A stretch of 64,000 nt of DNA from Bacteroidota bacterium (GTDB lineage: Bacteria > Bacteroidota > Bacteroidia > Chitinophagales > Chitinophagaceae). Numbering within the stretch: position 1 is the first letter of the stretch; each line of letters starts with the position of its first letter. Below the pieces are notes generated by a model that was given only the letters and a program-made list of their open reading frames with translations, ran no database searches and had not been told where the DNA came from. Shown piece after piece: positions 29,501-39,120 of this stretch. The position numbers were made by a program, and so were the translations under genes. Location: positions 4,655-68,654 of the forward strand of contig JAFDXN010000059.1 in the NCBI GenBank assembly GCA_018267915.1, written 5' to 3'.

Positions 29501-31738
29501 TTAAAGTTCGTCTTTGCTGAATTCTGTCAGCGAGAAATTCACACCGAGGAAAATGCTCCTGTACAGCGCAGGCTTGATGGGTTCCGATGCATATCCGGCC
29601 GGTGTCATCCGGTACCTGTAGCCGAAAATGTTGGGGTTGTTTGTAATGTTGTCCACACCTAAGTAAACTACAGTAAACCATTTTTTGATCGTGTGCAGGT
29701 AGCTCAGCGTCAGCGATAGGTTGTGATAGGCCGGTGTGCGCTCGCTTAGGAACGCTACGCCGGGGTTCGGATCGTAATACGGCTTACCTGTTGCAAAGCT
29801 GTAGGTAGCACTCACATTGGTCGAGATCTTGTCGATGAAATATTTAGCGATGACATTCAGGTTATGGTTCGATATGAAATCGGGTTGTGCCATAGTTTCA
29901 TAGTTTTTATACTCACGCTTGGTGTCAATAAAGCTATAAGATATCCAGTAGTCCAGGTTCTTCAGCGATTTCCTGTCGCGCCAGAAGAGTTCTATGCCCT
30001 TTGCATAACCCTTACCAGCATTGTCCACGGTGATGCCGGGATATAAGAAACGGAACGAGTTAGGATCGAATGGTGTAGCATAATGCTCCAGCTCCAGGTC
30101 TTTATAGTCTTTATAGTAGCCTTCTATCCTGAGTGTACGGTCGTTCCTGATCCACTGCCAGTTAGCTATGTAGTGTATTGCCTGCTGGAAGCCCATGCCG
30201 TATGGGTTTTGGTAATAGAGGTACATATAGTCGGGGTTCTGGAAGAACATGCCGCCCGCCAGCGACACCTGGCTGTAGGCGCCTGTTTTTATAGCTAGCG
30301 ACAGTCGGGGTGCGATATTGTTTTTGCCCAGCAGCTCGCTATGCTCAAAGCGCACCCCAGGCCTGATGGCCAACCATGTCATCGGCGCGATATCAGCTTC
30401 GGCATAGGCGGCTACTTGTGTTTCATGAAATCCATACTGCGGCAGCGTGTCTGTCCACTGCTTGTTGACTTTATAATACTGCGCTTCTCCACCCACGAGC
30501 AGGCTTATCCTGCTTGTAGCGTAATATTTTCCTTCCAGCCTGTACTGTGCGCGCTGGTCGTTTTGTGGTGCAGGTATCGCGCCGAAGCTGTTATCACTTT
30601 TGTCGTAGCTATACGAAGCAGCAGTGTAGAGGCTGAACTTGTCTTTGAACATTTGCCTGTACGATGCGTTGCTGTACCAGTTCTGGTCTTTGATGCGATA
30701 GTCAATCGTATCGCCACCTGCTACGCTGGTATCGCCAAAAGGGTTAGGCACGCCCACGCCGCTGGTGAAATAAGAGCCGTTCACCGATATCTTAAAGATG
30801 CCGTCTTTATTTGGCTTCCATACAAAACGGGTGCTGCCTCCGCCGCCCACAGGCACTTCGAAAAAGTTGAAATTGGTTTTTGCGAGTTTGTAGAATGGGG
30901 TGAGGTTGTTATAGTAAGCTGTGCCATCGATGCTTGCATTCTTCCACAGGTGGGTGCCCGATGCATAAACACCGGCCATATTTACACCCAGGTTCACATT
31001 GCTCTTGTCAGGAAGGTCTAGTGAGTTCAGTTCCAGCACGCTCGACAGAGCTTGTCCGTACCTGGCGCTATAGCCCCCGCTGCTGAATGCAACTCCCTTA
31101 AACTGGAATGGTCCGAAACGGCTTCGCGCAGCTACACCCGGGGCTGTGTTAAAGAAGGCATCCTGCACGGTCATCTCGTCCACTATCATTGCTGCTTCAC
31201 TGGCATCGCCACCGCGTACAAAAAGCCCTGTCTGTGCGCCCTGTTGCTGTGTGCCGGGCAATGTTTGTATAGCTCTTACCACATCGGCCTGCGCGCCGGC
31301 TGTCGTCACAATATCCAGCGGTTTCAACACGGTCTTGTCTTTATCATTCGTTGCTTCTATCGATCCGGCTGTTATCACTACCTGGTCCAGGTCGTGTGCC
31401 TTGTTGCCTTTCATTTTTAGCACCAGGCCGGCCACATCCTTATCTACATTTATTGGCTGACCGGCATTCTGGTGGCTCACTTCCGTTGCCACGATGGTTT
31501 GGTTGCCCTTTTCTTCTGTAGTGAATTTAAAAAGGCCGTTGTCATCCGTTGTTGCACCATCCAGCGTGTTGTCCAGCGATACGCTGGCGCCCTTCACCGG
31601 CTTGTCGTTTTCATCTACTACCTTGCCGCTAATGGTTACTTGTGCCATCGCCATAGTGCATAGTAATACCAGTGGTAATACCAGCAGCCATCTCAATCGT
31701 GTTGCTCCCTTGCTAATCTTTGGTAAAAATGGTTTCAT
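29501..31738 (-). CDS. TonB-dependent receptor with N-terminal CarboxypepD_reg domain
   Basis: Signal peptide, VTISGKVVDENDKPVKGASV (carboxypeptidase-regulatory fold), plug domain (LDIVTTAGAQADVVRAIQTLPG) and a large beta-barrel. Start set at ATG 31738 behind the promoter box. Confidence 0.9.
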   Translation of the reverse strand: MKPFLPKISKGATRLRWLLVLPLVLLCTMAMAQVTISGKVVDENDKPVKGASVSLDNTLDGATTDDNGLFKFTTEEKGNQTIVATEVSHQNAGQPINVDKDVAGLVLKMKGNKAHDLDQVVITAGSIEATNDKDKTVLKPLDIVTTAGAQADVVRAIQTLPGTQQQGAQTGLFVRGGDASEAAMIVDEMTVQDAFFNTAPGVAARSRFGPFQFKGVAFSSGGYSARYGQALSSVLELNSLDLPDKSNVNLGVNMAGVYASGTHLWKNASIDGTAYYNNLTPFYKLAKTNFNFFEVPVGGGGSTRFVWKPNKDGIFKISVNGSYFTSGVGVPNPFGDTSVAGGDTIDYRIKDQNWYSNASYRQMFKDKFSLYTAASYSYDKSDNSFGAIPAPQNDQRAQYRLEGKYYATSRISLLVGGEAQYYKVNKQWTDTLPQYGFHETQVAAYAEADIAPMTWLAIRPGVRFEHSELLGKNNIAPRLSLAIKTGAYSQVSLAGGMFFQNPDYMYLYYQNPYGMGFQQAIHYIANWQWIRNDRTLRIEGYYKDYKDLELEHYATPFDPNSFRFLYPGITVDNAGKGYAKGIELFWRDRKSLKNLDYWISYSFIDTKREYKNYETMAQPDFISNHNLNVIAKYFIDKISTNVSATYSFATGKPYYDPNPGVAFLSERTPAYHNLSLTLSYLHTIKKWFTVVYLGVDNITNNPNIFGYRYRMTPAGYASEPIKPALYRSIFLGVNFSLTEFSKDEL

Positions 31739-31759
31739 TTTTGTTTTCAATTGACACCG

Positions 31760-31767
31760 CAAAACTA
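31760..31767 (-). promoter_or_regulatory. -7 promoter box (TAGTTTTG) for the TonB-dependent receptor
   Basis: Minus-strand match to TAnnTTTG, 22 nt upstream of ATG 31738. Confidence 0.5.
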
Positions 31768-31855
31768 GCCTGCTAATGCTATCTGTAAAATTTATTTCGG
31801 TCAATTCTATAAGTCCATCGGTGAATGACCTCCAAATGTCGGTGGATCTTTACGC

Positions 31856-32884
31856 TCAACCACGGCTTTTGTCCCACCACCACGAATTATAGCCATCGGG
31901 CCTTACCTCCGTGGGTACGCCCGGCTTTGGCGCAAAGAGTGTAATGTTCTTATCGAAGGCATGTTCCAGTAGCTCATCTATTGGCTCACGCCATCCATGG
32001 AAAGCAAGGTTGAAAGTACCCCAGTGGATGGGCATCATCAGTTTGCCTTTGAGCGCTATATGCGCGAGGGTTGCCTTTTGCGGTCCCATATGTATATGTG
32101 CCCAGTTTTCATTGGCGGCGCCTATCTCCAGCATCGTCAGGTCAAAAGGACCGTATGCGTCTCCTATATCCCTGAAGCCATCGAAGTAACCCGAATCGGC
32201 CCCGAAGAAAATATTGTGTTTGGGACCTTTAATTACAAATGAGGACCATAGCGTTTCATTCCTTCCCGTAATTCCTCTGCCCGAAAAGTGTCGTGCAGGT
32301 GCAGCGGTTATTTCCAGATTGTCGTCTATCGTCACGGTGTCTGTCCAGTCCATTTCGTTGATCCGGTGTTTAGCGATGCCCCATTTCCTGAGGTGGCTGC
32401 CCACCCCGAGGGAACAATAAAAGGGGGTGTCCAAATTGGCCATTTGCTTGATGGTAGACTTGTCGAGATGGTCGTAGTGATCGTGCGAGAGGATGATAGC
32501 ATCCAGCTTCGGCAGCTTACTCAATGCCAGCGGCGCCGGAAAGAAACGCTTAGGCCCGGCAAAATTCACAAAAGAGGCCCGTGCTCCCCAAACCGGGTCG
32601 GTAAGCAATTTCTTGCCGTCGATCTCTATCAATAAAGATGAATGTCCCATCCAGGTTATACGCAAACCATTATCCGGGTGTTGCTGATATACTTCATGGT
32701 CGGTGATGAACGGTCCCAGGGGTATTTTTGGCACACGCTCCTGCTTGCCCGTCAAGAGACCTTTCATGATGTTGCCGAAACTGCCGGTAGATGTTTGCGT
32801 GGGTACCGGGTTCACGAATTTCTTTCCTTCTTTTGCCGATGGCTTTAGGGTGCTCATTTTTCGATCTTTCAATTGCCGCTGCAA
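31856..32884 (-). CDS. MBL-fold metallo-hydrolase (NAPE-PLD-like)
   Basis: 342 aa. HxHxDH motif (ILSHDHYDHLD) and downstream His/Asp ligands. An alternative start exists at ATG 32857. Confidence 0.85.
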   Translation of the reverse strand: MQRQLKDRKMSTLKPSAKEGKKFVNPVPTQTSTGSFGNIMKGLLTGKQERVPKIPLGPFITDHEVYQQHPDNGLRITWMGHSSLLIEIDGKKLLTDPVWGARASFVNFAGPKRFFPAPLALSKLPKLDAIILSHDHYDHLDKSTIKQMANLDTPFYCSLGVGSHLRKWGIAKHRINEMDWTDTVTIDDNLEITAAPARHFSGRGITGRNETLWSSFVIKGPKHNIFFGADSGYFDGFRDIGDAYGPFDLTMLEIGAANENWAHIHMGPQKATLAHIALKGKLMMPIHWGTFNLAFHGWREPIDELLEHAFDKNITLFAPKPGVPTEVRPDGYNSWWWDKSRG

Positions 32885-33024
32885 AGCTAGCTACTGGAAG
32901 TCTGCCTGTTATCTTTTTTCGGCCAATACATGTATCCTGTCGGTAAATGCATAATCCGGGCTTAACATTGCGTTGTCATTTAGGTAATATTGTTATCATA
33001 TTATTGTAGCAAATCCATTACGGC

Positions 33025-34389
33025 ATGAAAAAAGTTACACTTTTATTTGCATCATTCGCACTGTGCTTTGGCCTCAGCAATTGTACCAAAGACAAAACCA
33101 CACAATCGCCGTTAGCCACTCAAACAACTGCAACGCTGCAACCTTCACTGGGTGGCGCTGCCATCTATGCTAACTTTCCTGAGACTTTCGAATCAGGTAC
33201 TAAAGGTGCTTATGCCGTCGGCAACGTAACACTGTCAACCGGGACGTGGACACTCGATGACGCGCTCATAGGCAATCTCGCTAACGACAGGAAGAATGGA
33301 TCAAAAAGCGTCCGCATCGAAAATACCGGCATCGTAAGCATGCAATTTGATCTGGCAAACGGCGCCAGCCAGGTAAGCATTAAGCACGCTGTTTATGGTA
33401 CCGACGCATCCAGCACATGGCAGCTTTGGTATTCAACCAATGGCGGTACCTCATGGACACAAACCGGTAGCACCATCACCACATCGTCTACTATGCTGAA
33501 CACCGCGACATTCAACATGACCATCACCGGCAATGTGCGTTTCGAAATAAAGAAGCTATCCGGCGGCAGGCTGAATATTGATGACTTCAGTATTACCGAC
33601 AACGGCAATAACAACAATAATAACCCCACCCAGGACGATAATATGGCCATGGGCAATCCCAGCGGTGCTACTACCAACACGGGTAATACCAACAACTACC
33701 TCATGATAAAGACCCAGTATGCCCTTGCTTACAATAACTCAAAAGGTATGGCCAACTGGGTAAGCTGGCACCTCAGCGCAGCATGGCTCGGCAATACGCC
33801 GCGGTGCGATTGCTTCACTTCTGATGCTACTTTGCCCGCGGGTTATTTCAAAGCCACCACTTCCAATTATACCAACAGTGGTTTCGACCGCGGCCACATG
33901 TGCCCGTCAGCCGATCGTACCCTCAACGCTACCGATAACTCGGCTACCTTCCTGATGACCAACATAACGCCACAGGCGCCAAACCTTAACCAGGGCCCCT
34001 GGGCAGACCTGGAAGACTATTGCAGGACACTGGCCAACTCAGGCAATGAATGTTATATCATCTCAGGCGGCTACGGCACAGGCGGCACCGGCAGCAACGG
34101 TTCAGCCAATACGATAGCGAATGGCGCCATCAACGTGCCTTCACATTTCTGGAAGGTAATAGTGGTATTGCCTAACGGCAGCAATGATGTAAGTCGTGTT
34201 ACTGCATCGACCCGCGTGATCGCTATAGACATGCCCAACACGCAGACGGTCAACAGCCATCCATGGGGCTACTACCGTACTACGGTGAATGCCATTGAAT
34301 CTTCTACCGGCTACGATTTCCTTTCTAATGTGTCAACCACCATACAAAGCACGATAGAATCGCAGGTGGACAATGGACCTACTCAATAA
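33025..34389 (+). CDS. Secreted lipoprotein DNA/RNA non-specific endonuclease (Serratia NucA/DRGH family) with N-terminal accessory domain
   Basis: 454 aa. Lipobox FGLSNC, a poly-Asn linker NGNNNNNNP, and the catalytic DRGHMCPSADR motif in the C-terminal half. Confidence 0.9.
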   Translation: MKKVTLLFASFALCFGLSNCTKDKTTQSPLATQTTATLQPSLGGAAIYANFPETFESGTKGAYAVGNVTLSTGTWTLDDALIGNLANDRKNGSKSVRIENTGIVSMQFDLANGASQVSIKHAVYGTDASSTWQLWYSTNGGTSWTQTGSTITTSSTMLNTATFNMTITGNVRFEIKKLSGGRLNIDDFSITDNGNNNNNNPTQDDNMAMGNPSGATTNTGNTNNYLMIKTQYALAYNNSKGMANWVSWHLSAAWLGNTPRCDCFTSDATLPAGYFKATTSNYTNSGFDRGHMCPSADRTLNATDNSATFLMTNITPQAPNLNQGPWADLEDYCRTLANSGNECYIISGGYGTGGTGSNGSANTIANGAINVPSHFWKVIVVLPNGSNDVSRVTASTRVIAIDMPNTQTVNSHPWGYYRTTVNAIESSTGYDFLSNVSTTIQSTIESQVDNGPTQ

Positions 34390-34413
34390 TATTGGCAAAC
34401 AGCACATTATGAT

Positions 34414-34447
34414 AAGGCCGCTCTTTAATGAGTGGCCTTTTGTTTTG
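34414..34447 (+). terminator. Rho-independent terminator after the nuclease gene
   Basis: 10-bp stem aaggccgctc/gagtggcctt (one G-U pair), followed by TTTTGTTTT. Confidence 0.7.
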
Positions 34448-34639
34448 ATTTTTCCCCGTTTTGTCCATTTTGCAAAAATGCTCATGCAAAGATTTTTCTA
34501 TAAAATTTATTGCAAGGTATGATGTTAAGTAGCTGATAGTTATAGGCTTTGGATTTCCATTAACATTCGTCTGCATGTCGTGGCACACGTTTCAAAACTC
34601 TGATTGTAGAATGTATTGTGGACTAAAAAAGTTTGGTTT

Positions 34640-35035
34640 ATGGATACGAAAGATTTGAGAATAGGAAACATCCTCTACGCCGATGGCAAAATTGCCACTG
34701 TAGTGGGCATCGAAGGAGAGGACGAAGACAACTTTGTCGTCAAGCTCGATCATGGAAAGGACAAGGTAATACAGGTGAAGCCTTCCGTTATCGATATCAA
34801 ACCGATACTGCTCGGCGACGATTTTGTGAAAGGGCTGGGCCTCTTCGACGAATTGGGCAACCTGAAATTCGCCACTAAAACAGACAAATTCAAACTACGC
34901 CGTGCTAACGGGCACGTTATTCTGCTCAATGACAGGAACGAGACAATGGTGCACTTCTGGGACGTAAAATACCTGCACCGCCTGCAAAACCTCTATTATA
35001 TTCTTTCAAAGCAAGAGCTAACTATCAACTGGTAG
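34640..35035 (+). CDS. Hypothetical protein
   Basis: 131 aa from ATG 34640. No signal peptide and no recognised motif. Called from ORF length and local coding context only. Confidence 0.5.
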   Translation: MDTKDLRIGNILYADGKIATVVGIEGEDEDNFVVKLDHGKDKVIQVKPSVIDIKPILLGDDFVKGLGLFDELGNLKFATKTDKFKLRRANGHVILLNDRNETMVHFWDVKYLHRLQNLYYILSKQELTINW

Positions 35036-35038
35036 TCG

Positions 35039-36496
35039 CTACAATTCAATACACACATTCTTCGGCTCTGTAAAAAAACGCATAGCGTCCCAACCGCCCT
35101 CGCGGCCCACGCCACTGTTTTTAAAGCCGCCGAAAGGTGTGCGCAGGTCGCGCAGCAGCCAGCAGTTCACCCAGATGATGCCGCTGTGTACCTGTGCCGC
35201 TACCCGGTGGGCGCGGCTCACGTCTTGTGTCCATATAGTGGCGCTCAGGCCATAGTCGCTGGTGTTAGCTAATTGGAGGGCTTCCTCTTCTGTTTTGAAT
35301 GACTGCAGCGTCACCACCGGGCCAAAGATCTCTTCCATGTTCGTGCGGCAGTTGGGGCCCAGTCCTTCAAATATGGTAGGCTGTATAAAGTAGCCGTTCT
35401 TGCACCGGCCTTCTAATTGTACACTATTGCCGCCAAGCAACAGTTTGCCGCTCTCTTGCTTCGCCAGCTCGATGCAGCTCATCACCTTATCAAAGTGCAT
35501 CTTGCTCACCACCGCGCCCTGCTTGCTGCTCTCCTCCAGCGGATCGCCCACCGTGAGTTTCGCTGCACGAGCTACGAACTCCGCTTTGAATTTTTCGTAG
35601 ATGCTTTCCTCCACCAGCACGCGGCTGCCGCAGAGGCATATCTGGCCCTGGTTGCTGAAGGACGATTGCAGCGTCACGCGCATCATCTTGTCCCAGTCGC
35701 AGTCGGCGAAGATGATGTTGGGGTTCTTACCACCCAGCTCCAGCGACACTTTTTTGAACATAGGTCCTGCCGTTGCAGCTATTTCTCTTCCCGCCCTAGT
35801 GCTGCCGGTGAACGATAGTGCCTTAATGCCCGGGTGCGCCACAATAGCCGCACCGCAGTTCGGACCTGTGCCATGTACGATATTCAGTACGCCATCGGGC
35901 AGGCCTGCTTTTTTACAGATCAGGCTCAGCAGGTAGCCCGTCATCGGTGTCACCTCGCTGGGCTTGGCCACTACGCAGTTGCCCGCTGCCAGCGCCGGGG
36001 CTATCTTCCAGGTAAATAAATACAGCGGCAGGTTCCATGGCGATATGCAGCCCACTACGCCTATCGGCTGGCGCAGGGTATAGTTGATCGCCTTGTCCTC
36101 CATATTATGGCTCTCGGTGCTGAAGTGCATAGCGCCCGTGGCGAAGAACCTGAAATTGCTCGATGCCCTGGGTATGTCCACACGCTTGCTCAGCCATAGC
36201 GGCTTGCCATTGTCATTGCTCTCTGCCAGTGCCAGTGCGTCCAGGTTTTCATCTATCAGTTCCGCAATGCGGTTCAGTATCCTGAAGCGCTCCTCAGCCG
36301 GTGTCCTTCCCCAGCTCTCGAACGCTATTTTCGCCGCACCTACTGCCTCGTCCACATCCTGCGCGTCGCTGTCTGGTATCTGGCTATACACCTCACCCGT
36401 TGCGGGGTTGATGTTGTCAATATATTTACCGTTCAGCGGGGCCTGCAGGCTGCCGGCTATGTAATTGGCTATCCTATCGGGAGCAGTTAAGTTCAT
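35039..36496 (-). CDS. NAD(P)-dependent aldehyde dehydrogenase
   Basis: 485 aa. ELGGKNP glutamate motif, catalytic Cys region QGQICLCGSR, and the FTGST cofactor motif. Confidence 0.93.
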   Translation of the reverse strand: MNLTAPDRIANYIAGSLQAPLNGKYIDNINPATGEVYSQIPDSDAQDVDEAVGAAKIAFESWGRTPAEERFRILNRIAELIDENLDALALAESNDNGKPLWLSKRVDIPRASSNFRFFATGAMHFSTESHNMEDKAINYTLRQPIGVVGCISPWNLPLYLFTWKIAPALAAGNCVVAKPSEVTPMTGYLLSLICKKAGLPDGVLNIVHGTGPNCGAAIVAHPGIKALSFTGSTRAGREIAATAGPMFKKVSLELGGKNPNIIFADCDWDKMMRVTLQSSFSNQGQICLCGSRVLVEESIYEKFKAEFVARAAKLTVGDPLEESSKQGAVVSKMHFDKVMSCIELAKQESGKLLLGGNSVQLEGRCKNGYFIQPTIFEGLGPNCRTNMEEIFGPVVTLQSFKTEEEALQLANTSDYGLSATIWTQDVSRAHRVAAQVHSGIIWVNCWLLRDLRTPFGGFKNSGVGREGGWDAMRFFTEPKNVCIEL

Positions 36497-36573
36497 AGGG
36501 CCAAAGTTAGGAGAATGAGAGAATTGTGGGAAATTGACTTCCTTTGCCGGGTATTCTTAAATTCAACCATCTG

Positions 36574-37260
36574 ATGGGACTCGATTCAATAGAAATAGTG
36601 ATGGAGGTTGAAAAAACCTTTAAGATAAGCATTGCAGATAGGGAAGCGGAGCAGATACGTACAGTTCGCGATTTCTACGAAGTAGTTTGGGCGAAAATAC
36701 AGCACAAAAGCTCACCTGAATGTGTGTCACAACCATTATTTTACCGGTTGCGTAGGCTTTTTCAGGAGCAACTCTCTGTTCGATCGGTCGCCATCAAACC
36801 GGAAACACAGCTCAACGCCATCGTTCCAAGCAAAAACAGGCGAAGAATATGGCGACAACTTCAATCGGATTCGAAACTGAAGTTTCCATCGCTTGTTTTG
36901 CCAAGGCCCTGGTCTATCGCTATTGTATTGTTCGATCTTGCTGTGGTGTTTGTTAGCTTGGGTCATTTATATGCGAATGGCCGACATGTTAAAGCTTGGC
37001 TGCTGATGGCTGCCTGCATAGTTTTTGTTGCTTTGTTGAATAAGGTAGTTGCCCCCCTGCGGACTGCATTCAAATTGCTTACTATGAGGGAACTGGTATA
37101 TGAGGTACTGCGCCTGAATTTTTCACAGTTGAATAAAGACGGTGTGACACGCCGGGAAATGGAACAGGTGATGAATTTGCTGTTTGCCGATAAGATCGGG
37201 GTATCACTGCACGAGATCAAACCTGAAAGGTCTTTTACACACGATTTGGGAGTTGACTAG
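36574..37260 (+). CDS. Membrane protein with ACP-like (phosphopantetheine-attachment-like) half-domains at both termini
   Basis: The N-terminus MGLDSIEIVMEVEKTFKISIADREAEQIRTV resembles ACP helix II-III including the DS(L/I) Ser site. Two central hydrophobic helices follow. The C-terminus VMNLLFADKIGVSLHEIKPERSFTHDLGVD resembles ACP helix I plus loop. An alternative TTG start exists at 36544. Confidence 0.55.
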   Translation: MGLDSIEIVMEVEKTFKISIADREAEQIRTVRDFYEVVWAKIQHKSSPECVSQPLFYRLRRLFQEQLSVRSVAIKPETQLNAIVPSKNRRRIWRQLQSDSKLKFPSLVLPRPWSIAIVLFDLAVVFVSLGHLYANGRHVKAWLLMAACIVFVALLNKVVAPLRTAFKLLTMRELVYEVLRLNFSQLNKDGVTRREMEQVMNLLFADKIGVSLHEIKPERSFTHDLGVD

Positions 37261-37295
37261 TTACAGTGAAGTCAAACGTGAAGATGGAATGTCAG

Positions 37296-37766
37296 TCAAT
37301 ACACATCCAACTCATACCCGCCATTCACATGCTTCCAGTCTGCATGTACTGTTGCGTTGATCTGTGGGTAATAGAGCGACCAAGTGGAGTCCACGGGGTA
37401 GCCGGCCTGGTAGTTGCCTATTTCCCAGCCCTGGCCAATGTCATAAGGCCCGCCCTTTACACCATCCCAATCGCCGGGCGCAGTATAGATTTGAGCATAG
37501 GCCCATCCAGGATTAGTATTAAGGTCCGCCGGGCTGTTAAATGTCAATGTGGATTGTGGATTTACAAGGACACTATTGCTGTTTAGGTAGGCTACGCTAT
37601 TATTTACATCATGTGCTCTGAAGTTCAAAGCCAGCGGATGGCTTGTGGTGTTCTTGATGGTCATAGCATTTTGCGCGGTAGCCTTGGCTGCAGGTAGCGT
37701 TTTATCCCTTTTACAGGAACTGGCAGCGATCGCTGCCAGGGTTAACATCAGAATTGTACGTTGCAT
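37296..37766 (-). CDS. Small lipoprotein, hypothetical
   Basis: 156 aa. Lipobox LAAIAASSC. Asn/Thr-rich beta-type sequence with no known motif. Confidence 0.6.
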   Translation of the reverse strand: MQRTILMLTLAAIAASSCKRDKTLPAAKATAQNAMTIKNTTSHPLALNFRAHDVNNSVAYLNSNSVLVNPQSTLTFNSPADLNTNPGWAYAQIYTAPGDWDGVKGGPYDIGQGWEIGNYQAGYPVDSTWSLYYPQINATVHADWKHVNGGYELDVY

Positions 37767-37854
37767 AGGTTGAGGTTTTTATAAAGATAGCACGGGTATA
37801 ACGCTTGTTTTGTAAAAATAGTGTGACAGAGCTACAACAGGATTACTGTGCCCC

Positions 37855-39120
37855 CTATCCAATACTCAACACGATCAAACCAACAGCCGCCGCGGTCATT
37901 AAGATGAGCGTTATAAAGCCCAGTATGTTCGATAAGGCGCTGTTCGTTTTGTCGCCCATTATTTTTTTGTTGTTGCCGATGTGCAGTATCACCGCTATCA
38001 AAACCGGCGCCGTAATGCCATAGAGCACGGCGGTGTAAAAAAGGGCCTGTATAGGGCTGATGCCTATGAAATTGAGCAAAAGGCCCACCAGCAGTGAAAG
38101 GATGATGGAGTAGTAGAACGGCCTGGCCTGCGGAAATGTTTTATCGAGCCCTGCCTTCCACTCAAAGGTTTCGGCCAGCATATAGGCCTGCGAGCCGGCC
38201 AGCACGGGTATGGCCAGGAGCCCCGTGCCCAGCACGCCGATGGCAAAGAACAGGTGGGCATATCTGCCTGTCAGCGGCGCCAGGGCCCTGGCTGCCTCAT
38301 CCACCGTCTCTATCTTATGTATACCTGCGCGGAAGAGCACGCTGCCCGTGGTGAGGATGATAAAGAACATCACCACGTTCGACAGGAACATGCCTATGTT
38401 CACATCCTCACGCATATTGTTGAGCACCTGCTTGTCCACCACTATGTTCTGCTTGCTGTGCTTCAGGTCTTCGGCCTCCATGGTGGCCTGCCAGAAAAAC
38501 AGGTACGGCGATATGGTGGTGCCCAGGATGGCTACCAGTATCGAAAGGGAATCTCTGTCAAACTTAAAGCCGGGCACAAAGGTTTTCTTCAGTATCTCCG
38601 CCCAGTCGTTATGCACCATAAAAGGGATGATAAGGTACAGGAAGAGGCTTGCGCAAAGCCATTTTAATATCCGGGCTATTTTCCGGTAGGGATACCTGAT
38701 GATGATATACATCAGCGCAATGGTAAATGCTATGGAAAAGATGCTCGCAGGCACCTGAGGCAACAGCATATTGGCCACCGCACCCATGCCCTGTATGTCG
38801 GCGCCTATATTGAGGGTAATGGCGGGGAAGCTGAACAGCAACATAAGGTATAAGATGGATCTCGGGTAGTGCTGTCTCAAGGTCACCGTCAGGCCCTGGC
38901 TGGTTACTAGCCCTATCCTGGCGCACATGCCTTGTATGGCTGCCATCAGCGGAAAGGTTAGCAGTGCGGTCCATAAGGTGTTGAAGCCGAACTGCGCGCC
39001 TGCCTGCGAGTAGGTGGCGATGCCCGACGGGTCGTCGTCGCTGGCCCCTGTTACAAGGCCCGGGCCCAGCACCTTTAATACTTTCCTGATCTTTGCCGAT
39101 ACTTTGCCCGGTCCGCGCAT
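37855..39120 (-). CDS. NRAMP-family divalent metal cation transporter
   Basis: 421 aa, about 11 TM segments, with the N-terminal GPGLVTGASDDDPSGIATYSQAGAQFG signature. Confidence 0.9.
   Translation of the reverse strand: MRGPGKVSAKIRKVLKVLGPGLVTGASDDDPSGIATYSQAGAQFGFNTLWTALLTFPLMAAIQGMCARIGLVTSQGLTVTLRQHYPRSILYLMLLFSFPAITLNIGADIQGMGAVANMLLPQVPASIFSIAFTIALMYIIIRYPYRKIARILKWLCASLFLYLIIPFMVHNDWAEILKKTFVPGFKFDRDSLSILVAILGTTISPYLFFWQATMEAEDLKHSKQNIVVDKQVLNNMREDVNIGMFLSNVVMFFIILTTGSVLFRAGIHKIETVDEAARALAPLTGRYAHLFFAIGVLGTGLLAIPVLAGSQAYMLAETFEWKAGLDKTFPQARPFYYSIILSLLVGLLLNFIGISPIQALFYTAVLYGITAPVLIAVILHIGNNKKIMGDKTNSALSNILGFITLILMTAAAVGLIVLSIG

Noticed and set aside
29501-29524. The C-terminal KDEL tetrapeptide of the TonB-dependent receptor.
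   Set aside because: The eukaryotic ER-retention signal has no meaning in bacteria. This is a coincidence at the end of a short post-barrel extension.
34640-35035. The 131-aa gene downstream of the nuclease as a NuiA-type nuclease inhibitor or immunity protein.
   Set aside because: It is separated from the nuclease gene by a terminator and 250 bp. It has no sequence resemblance to NuiA that I can see. The nuclease is exported as a lipoprotein, so cytoplasmic immunity is not required.
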